The notes under the pieces were generated by a model. The model was not told the origin of the DNA and searched no databases. It saw nothing but the letters and a program-made list of their open reading frames with translations. A program made the translations under genes and the position numbers. A stretch of DNA of 42,874 bases from a virus. Location: IMG/VR virus record IMGVR_UViG_3300027111_000003, one strand, 5' to 3'. Position 1 is the first letter of the stretch. Each line of letters opens with the position of its first letter. Positions 38,260-42,874 of this stretch are shown here, one piece after another.

Positions 38260-39270
38260 GTGGCCAAACTGACCGCCGACGAAAAAACGATCCTCGACAT
38301 GTTCCAATACATGCGTCCCTCGGGGACACCTATGGAACAAGTCTTCATCGATCGTTTCCTGACGCCCCTGGGGTTCACCCGAGACCCCTTCCGTAATCTC
38401 GTCCTGACCGTGGGCGACCGGCCTAACATCCTGTGGTCCTCGCATATGGACACCGTCCATCGGGAGGAGGGCATCCAGCCCCTCCACTATGACGGGGAGT
38501 TCCTGGAGATCGGCAAGAAGGCCAAATCAAGTACCTGCCTCGGCGCTGACGACACGGCGGGTATCTGGATTATGACCGAAATGGTCAAGGCGGGTGTCCC
38601 CGGGGTCTACGTCATTCACCACGGGGAGGAGATCGGTTGCAAGGGGTCTCGGGCACTCGCCAAGGGAAACCCCGAGTTCTTCGAGGGCATTGATGCGGCC
38701 ATCGCGTTTGACCGGATGGGATACAACAGTGTCATCACTCACCAGATGGGAGCTCGAACCGCCTCGGATGCCTTCTCGGCCAGTTTCGCGGATGCCCTCG
38801 ATGATGCCCTGGGGATAGACGCGGGGTTCAAGGCGGATGACGGAGGAGCCTACACCGATACAAACGAGTACGCGGACATCGTCTCCGAGTGCACGAATAT
38901 CTCGGTTGGCTATCACAGTCAGCATAGCCGCAACGAAAACCAGCACGTTCCCTTCCTGATCGCCATGCGCAACGCGATGGTACGGATGGACCTCTCGGCC
39001 CTCGTCTTCGCCAGGGACCCCTCTGTGGTCGATTACGCGGGGTCCTACGGGTTCTACCGGGGCTACAAGTCCCTCTTCGATGACGACCCCTGGGATGACC
39101 CGAACAACTACGTCATCCCGGACAGGCGCTCGGACGATAGCATCGAGGAGGTCATCAAGGCGTACCCGGAGATCGTCGCGGCGATCCTCCACTCCTACGG
39201 GTTAACCCGGACGATGCTCCTCGATGAGATCGCCGAGGTCTACGGGGAGGAGGCGCTGATTGCAAACTGA
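38260..39270 (+). CDS. M28/M20-type zinc metallopeptidase-like protein
   Basis: 336 aa. GTG start 6 nt after GAGGAGG. The metal-ligand pattern SHMDTVH, LGADDTAG, HHGEEIGCKGS, GGAYTDTNEY and GYHSQHSRNE is typical of co-catalytic zinc aminopeptidases. Confidence 0.75.
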   Translation: MAKLTADEKTILDMFQYMRPSGTPMEQVFIDRFLTPLGFTRDPFRNLVLTVGDRPNILWSSHMDTVHREEGIQPLHYDGEFLEIGKKAKSSTCLGADDTAGIWIMTEMVKAGVPGVYVIHHGEEIGCKGSRALAKGNPEFFEGIDAAIAFDRMGYNSVITHQMGARTASDAFSASFADALDDALGIDAGFKADDGGAYTDTNEYADIVSECTNISVGYHSQHSRNENQHVPFLIAMRNAMVRMDLSALVFARDPSVVDYAGSYGFYRGYKSLFDDDPWDDPNNYVIPDRRSDDSIEEVIKAYPEIVAAILHSYGLTRTMLLDEIAEVYGEEALIAN

Positions 39271-39312
39271 AATGACGTGCAACCTATACCCTTCACAAGG
39301 AGATCATCGATC

Positions 39313-39483
39313 ATGGTGCGCATTTATGAAGAGTTCTGGACCCGCCAGGAGGCGGCTGAATACCAGCGGTTTTATATTACTAATTACCCGCCGAGAACCC
39401 TCGGGACTGTCCTGACGATCATGCGTGATCGCATAGCAGGTATGTGGGTTGTAAGCGGCCATCGCTTTCCCACTCCTGGATGA
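39313..39483 (+). CDS. Early protein, hypothetical
   Basis: 56 aa from the ATG at 39313, 9 nt after AAGGAGA. The track ORF begins at a GTG at 39277. Confidence 0.5.
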   Translation: MVRIYEEFWTRQEAAEYQRFYITNYPPRTLGTVLTIMRDRIAGMWVVSGHRFPTPG

Positions 39484-39502
39484 GACCTCGCTATCGGAGA
39501 GA

Positions 39503-39536
39503 ACTAGACCAGATGGACTAGTCCACTGACTTTTTT
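39503..39536 (+). terminator. Possible terminator closing the early block
   Basis: Imperfect hairpin ACTAGACC-AGAT-GGACTAGT, followed 8 nt later by TTTTTT. Confidence 0.4.
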
Positions 39537-39731
39537 GGCTTGGACTCTTGAGAATGAGTCTAAAGTGTGGCTAATACATTTGCGTTAACCCTCTCTTCAC
39601 GTTTGGAGGACACGGCGACGGTACAAAGTGGCGCTGCAAATACGCACGAGTCCGTCGTCCCTTGAGTGAGAATGCGGCACCTGAATTTGACGAGGAGGAG
39701 GCCGACAACTTGTTGAAAGAACTAATGGAAA

Positions 39732-39884
39732 ATGAAAATTGAATTCTACAACAGCGAAGGCGAAAAAATTCGCGTCGAAATTCTCGACACGGATGACTAC
39801 TGGGAGGCATGTGAGATCGGGCATACCTACCTAGAGGAACATCGGATAGAGGGAGCGGAGGACTTCCACCTACCCGAAGATTGA
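39732..39884 (+). CDS. 50-aa acidic ORF in a low-GC spacer (weak candidate)
   Basis: MKIEFYNSEGEKIRVEILDTDDYWEACEIGHTYLEEHRIEGAEDFHLPED. Only a weak SD. Confidence 0.3.
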   Translation: MKIEFYNSEGEKIRVEILDTDDYWEACEIGHTYLEEHRIEGAEDFHLPED

Positions 39885-39905
39885 GTGTTCCTCTTGTGTT
39901 CCCAG

Positions 39906-39934
39906 TTGACGCTGTGAGAGGTGGGGTTTACAGA
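39906..39934 (+). promoter_or_regulatory. Host-type promoter for the regulator-integrase operon (TTGACG-N17-TACAGA)
   Basis: Good -35 and 17-nt spacing. It lies about 30 nt upstream of a strong SD (CAGGAGAG) and the ATG at 39966. Confidence 0.5.
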
Positions 39935-39965
39935 GTAGAGACCTTTTCACTACAGGAGAGAAAAC

Positions 39966-40343
39966 ATGGGGACCGAGAGAGACACGATTGGGCGGTTAAT
40001 TAACGCCTTGCGACTGTTCAACAGGATGGACACAAAGATGCAGGTGTCTACCATCCTTACCTTCTTAGAAGTTGCAGCCGCAGACCTGGACAAGCGAGAC
40101 CTTTCAATGAGGGAACTGGAAAAACGCATCGGGTTCACCTCGGGGGTCGCCTCCAGGAACGCCTACTACTGGGGCGAGGGTACAAAGGAAATGCGCGGAG
40201 GTCGGCAGTTGATCGACGTGCGAATGAGTCGTCAAGACCACCGACTGAGAGATTTGGTTCTAACCAACAAGGGAAGGGCCTTCCTCCACACTCTGATAGG
40301 AGAGGACAATGGCGCGGCAACGCGGGAAGAAGTACCAGGCTGA
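39966..40343 (+). CDS. MarR-type winged-helix transcriptional regulator (candidate lysogeny repressor)
   Basis: 125 aa. LSMRELEKRIGFTSGVASRNAYYW ... DHRLRDLVLTNKGRAFL fits the MarR wHTH-plus-wing pattern. It overlaps the integrase start by 35 nt. Confidence 0.65.
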   Translation: MGTERDTIGRLINALRLFNRMDTKMQVSTILTFLEVAAADLDKRDLSMRELEKRIGFTSGVASRNAYYWGEGTKEMRGGRQLIDVRMSRQDHRLRDLVLTNKGRAFLHTLIGEDNGAATREEVPG

Positions 40344-41277
40344 CGTCGTAATCGACGGGGTTCGTAAGCGCCCCACCTTTGCGACGTTGGCAGAAGCAGA
40401 AGCCTATGAACGGGCTATTGCAAACGGGCTCCCCGCCGCCGGGGTGTCTACCTTCAAGAAGTTCCACGAGACCCACTTCGAGTTCATCTGGGGCGACAAC
40501 AATGCCCCCGAGGCAACTCAGTTCAACCTGGGCTCCCTGGACAAGTTCATTCCAGCCGACAAGCCGATCGCCGAGATCACCGCCCCTTACATCATCGACC
40601 TCGTGTCGCGGATGAAGAAAACGGGTATCTCCAATGCGACGATCAATCGCCGCTTATCGGCCTTGTCGAAACTCCTGAAACACGCGGAGAAACTCGAACT
40701 CACCCGGAAGCCCCCGATAGGTTTCCTGCGGGAGAACGAGGGGCGCGACCGCGTCCTATCCCGTGTCGAGGAGCAGAAGATGTTCCAGTTCTTCGACCAC
40801 ATGGGGATGACCCTCTCGGGGGCCATCGTGCGGTTCCTCCTGTACACCGGGTGTCGCCTCGGGGAGGTCTTCACGCTCGACCGGGACCGAGTGAGCGACG
40901 GACGGGTGACCTTCCACTACACCGTTACCAAGACGAGCAAGACGCGGCTGGTGCCCCTGATAGGCCCCGCGAAGGACGCCTGGACCCGCGTGTGCGGCAT
41001 GACGAACAACCCGTATCCCTTCGCGGAGATGCCGAGGGATACTTTCAGGGACCACTGGAACCGCTTCCGGGAGCACATGGATGCCCTGGACGATCCCCAG
41101 TTCGTCCCTCACATGCTGCGGCACACATGCGCCTCGCGGCTTGTCTCGAAGGGCGTCCCGTTGCCCCAGGTCATGCTGTGGATGGGACACCGGAATATTC
41201 AAACGACCATGCGGTATTCCCATCTGGCCCCGAAGGACCTCGATGGTGCCGCAAAGGCGCTCCTGGAGGATGCGTGA
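40309..41277 (+). CDS. int: Tyrosine recombinase / phage integrase
   Basis: 322 aa. Has Arg I (YTGCRLGE), H-x-x-R (HMLRHTCASRL) and a catalytic Tyr context (GHRNIQTTMRYSHL). Confidence 0.95.
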   Translation: MARQRGKKYQADVVIDGVRKRPTFATLAEAEAYERAIANGLPAAGVSTFKKFHETHFEFIWGDNNAPEATQFNLGSLDKFIPADKPIAEITAPYIIDLVSRMKKTGISNATINRRLSALSKLLKHAEKLELTRKPPIGFLRENEGRDRVLSRVEEQKMFQFFDHMGMTLSGAIVRFLLYTGCRLGEVFTLDRDRVSDGRVTFHYTVTKTSKTRLVPLIGPAKDAWTRVCGMTNNPYPFAEMPRDTFRDHWNRFREHMDALDDPQFVPHMLRHTCASRLVSKGVPLPQVMLWMGHRNIQTTMRYSHLAPKDLDGAAKALLEDA

Positions 41278-41660
41278 TGATAACCGAGAAAGACATTAAC
41301 CGTTTGGCCTATGTCGCTTGTAGAGCATTAGACGTCCCGACTGTCTCTACCCACATGGAGGCGGTTATGGTTGCACTAAGTAGAGAGCTCCGCTCCTGCC
41401 TTCTCGATAAGCCGGAGGCGGTAGAGGCTCCCGAAGGGATGGACGACATTCTCGCCGAGCAATCCGAGGTGAATGTCCTGCGGCCCGGAGAGAAATGGAG
41501 GCTCTTCCCCAAGAAGGCGCCGGGAGAAGTGGACAGAGACCCGGTTTACCGCGAAGCCAGCCGGCAACTGAAACCGCTACGGGACGCCATGTTCTCCACC
41601 CCCGCCGATACGGACGCCGCGCAGAGCGGGGAGAGCGGCTTCAAGGCTGAACGCACCTGA
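41277..41660 (+). CDS. Hypothetical protein translationally coupled to the integrase (possible recombination directionality factor)
   Basis: 127 aa from the ATG at 41277, with an ATGA overlap on the int stop. The upstream part of track ORF 40851..41660 is an alternate frame of int. Confidence 0.5.
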   Translation: MITEKDINRLAYVACRALDVPTVSTHMEAVMVALSRELRSCLLDKPEAVEAPEGMDDILAEQSEVNVLRPGEKWRLFPKKAPGEVDRDPVYREASRQLKPLRDAMFSTPADTDAAQSGESGFKAERT

Positions 41661-41862
41661 AGTAAGCCATGAGGTTCTTCGCGTCGTGTAACTGCGCGAC
41701 CTTCCCGTACTTCTGACAATGAGCGTCCGCATTGCTTTGCGCCGCTCCAATATTCAGGTTCCCTACCATCGTGTAGGTGATCCCGGCAGAGTTCCCGGTG
41801 CCCGACCCGGCGCACCCGGACAGGCTGACTAGTGCTGCTAGGGCGATCATCGCATAGCGCAT
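41641..41862 (-). CDS. Small lipoprotein (moron candidate), the only convincing minus-strand gene
   Basis: 73 aa. MRYAMIALAALVSLSG|C is a signal peptide plus lipobox. SD GGGGGAA lies 8-9 nt upstream on the minus strand. Two Cys in the mature part. Confidence 0.7.
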   Translation of the reverse strand: MRYAMIALAALVSLSGCAGSGTGNSAGITYTMVGNLNIGAAQSNADAHCQKYGKVAQLHDAKNLMAYFRCVQP

Positions 41863-41946
41863 TCTTGAAATTTCCCCCTTGAGAAAACCTACGGCTAACG
41901 TGATCGCGCTGCGATTGCAAGGCCGATAACCTATGGAGCTGTTGAA

Positions 41947-42318
41947 ATGAAACCTATGCCTGGAGCAGGACTTGCCTTGCCAATCGCTGAAGCCATGAAA
42001 CAGCTCGCCGCCGCCGAGGCGGAAGCGATTTCTACTCTCAAGAAGGTGCAAGCTAAGTGCGACCACCAGATCGTATCTGAGATGCCGTGGCGAGCTGGAA
42101 ATTACTTTGGAAGCCGGGCGGCGCACCGCATCTGCAACCATTGTAGACTGATCGAGGAAGGCTCTCACTGGAGCGGCGGCTCTGTTTGGTCGAGACACGA
42201 CTACGGGGAAGCTGATCTAGGAAATACCCCGGGACGAATTGTCTTACCCATCGACAGTGACGAATTCTGGAAAATGCGGACGGAGGGCGGGATGGGCCTC
42301 CTAGGGGGAGCAGCATGA
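41947..42318 (+). CDS. Hypothetical Cys/His-containing protein
   Basis: 123 aa. SD GGAG 8 nt upstream. Has a CDH...CNHC pattern. Confidence 0.55.
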   Translation: MKPMPGAGLALPIAEAMKQLAAAEAEAISTLKKVQAKCDHQIVSEMPWRAGNYFGSRAAHRICNHCRLIEEGSHWSGGSVWSRHDYGEADLGNTPGRIVLPIDSDEFWKMRTEGGMGLLGGAA

Positions 42319-42530
42319 AGGCTTGCAAGGACTGCTGTTTCTATGACCAGAGCTGGGGAGCCTCGTGTAACCGACCCGAGCTTCGAAGGTTTGATTTGGT
42401 TGACGGGGAGCTCCCTTCCTATCCCCATCAAAATCGAGAGGACGAGGACAAATGCGGCCCCGAGGCGAAACTCTTCGAGGCTCGGTCTCGACCAGGAAAC
42501 TGGTGGCGATCCTTCTGTTCTCTGGCTTGA
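42315..42530 (+). CDS. Small Cys-rich hypothetical protein
   Basis: 71 aa with an ATGA overlap on the upstream stop. Has the pattern CKDCC...C...C...C. Confidence 0.55.
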   Translation: MKACKDCCFYDQSWGASCNRPELRRFDLVDGELPSYPHQNREDEDKCGPEAKLFEARSRPGNWWRSFCSLA

Positions 42531-42565
42531 CCCCCAGGCAACCCTGTGAGATACCGCGCACCATC

Positions 42566-42650
42566 GCGGGTGTGGCGGAATTGGCAGACGCACTTGGTTT
42601 AGGTCCAAGCGCCGCAAGGCGTGGGGGTTCAAGTCCCTCCATCCGCACCA
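42566..42650 (+). tRNA. tRNA-Leu (anticodon UAG), type II with long variable arm, CCA encoded
   Basis: Manual cloverleaf. Acceptor stem GCGGGTG/CATCCGC. Anticodon stem CTTGG/CCAAG with loop TTTAGGT. Variable arm GCC-GCAA-GGC. T arm GGGGG-TTCAAGT-CCCTC. A73 followed by CCA. Confidence 0.9.
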
Positions 42651-42655
42651 AAATT

Positions 42656-42698
42656 CTTGTGCCAACGCTGTGCCAAACGGTGCCAGACACGGCACAAG
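42656..42698. repeat. Phased GTGCCA repeats (3 direct, 1 inverted) just 3' of the tRNA: candidate attP arm-type protein-binding sites
   Basis: GTGCCA starts at 42659, 42670 and 42680 (11- and 10-bp spacing). CTTGTGCC (42656-63) is inverted with respect to GGCACAAG (42691-98). Confidence 0.6.
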
Positions 42699-42747
42699 GT
42701 ATCGCCGGGAACCCCTGGAAACCCTGAGTTTCTTGGTGTTCTCAATT

Positions 42748-42874
42748 GATTTAGGTTCTTCCGTGTTTTCTCTCCGGTAAAGAAGACAATAAACTCAAGG
42801 TCCTAGCAAACCTTGGGTTTTTCTTTGCCCTAAATATCTTCTGTATCGGAGAGACTGCGATAGCGGAGTGCCAC
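42748..42874. repeat. Terminal direct repeat, copy 2 (identical to 1..127)
   Basis: Exact duplicate of the first 127 bases. Confidence 0.95.

Noticed and set aside
40851-41276. Upstream 142 codons of track ORF 40851..41660
   Set aside because: This part is an alternate reading frame of the integrase gene with Arg/Pro/Gly-rich composition. The real gene most likely starts at the ATG at 41277, overlapping the int stop.
41863-42198. N-terminal extension of the minus-strand ORF 41641..42198
   Set aside because: The extension overlaps the + strand ORF at 41947 and lacks an RBS. An internal Met with an SD, a signal peptide and a lipobox gives a coherent 73-aa lipoprotein.

Overview
The window is a complete, G+C-rich genome of about 42.7 kb from a T7-like podovirus with a single-subunit RNA polymerase. 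Bases 1-127 are repeated exactly at 42748-42874, so the sequence closes on itself. All convincing genes but one are on the + strand.

Gene order:
- small membrane protein
- T7-type RNAP (424-2913)
- a run of small class-II-like genes
- gp2.5-like SSB, endonuclease I, a mini C5-methyltransferase-like protein, primase-helicase, family-A DNA polymerase, 5'-3' exonuclease, DUF3310-like protein
- strong terminator
- portal, a Lys/Pro/Ala-rich protein, scaffold
- an HNH-like gene followed by a 3-gene lysis cassette, unusually placed between scaffold and capsid
- major capsid, tail tubular A and B, four internal-virion proteins, tailspike-type fibre, TerS, TerL
- a 1.45-kb repeat-rich non-coding region carrying three TTGACTTC host-type promoters
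- about 5 kb of early genes of unknown function, including a Cys-rich 543-aa protein and an M28-like peptidase
- a lysogeny module (MarR-like regulator, tyrosine integrase, one minus-strand lipoprotein moron, a full tRNA-Leu(UAG) followed by phased GTGCCA repeats) that runs back into the RNAP gene

The gene order suggests the physical genome ends lie after TerL (about 33.2-34.1 kb) and that the deposited sequence is circularly permuted.

Main points of interest:
- a temperate T7-like architecture, with the RNAP gene insulated by a terminator yet preceded by phage-type promoter motifs
- two families of 23-bp T7-group-like promoter motifs, one matching the T3 promoter at 18 of 23 positions
- a lysis cassette bracketed by 13-bp direct repeats
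- an early region with candidate anti-host functions
- several non-ATG or frameshift-prone gene starts

No rRNA, CRISPR array or transposase was seen. All homology statements are by-eye or from memory; no searches were run.
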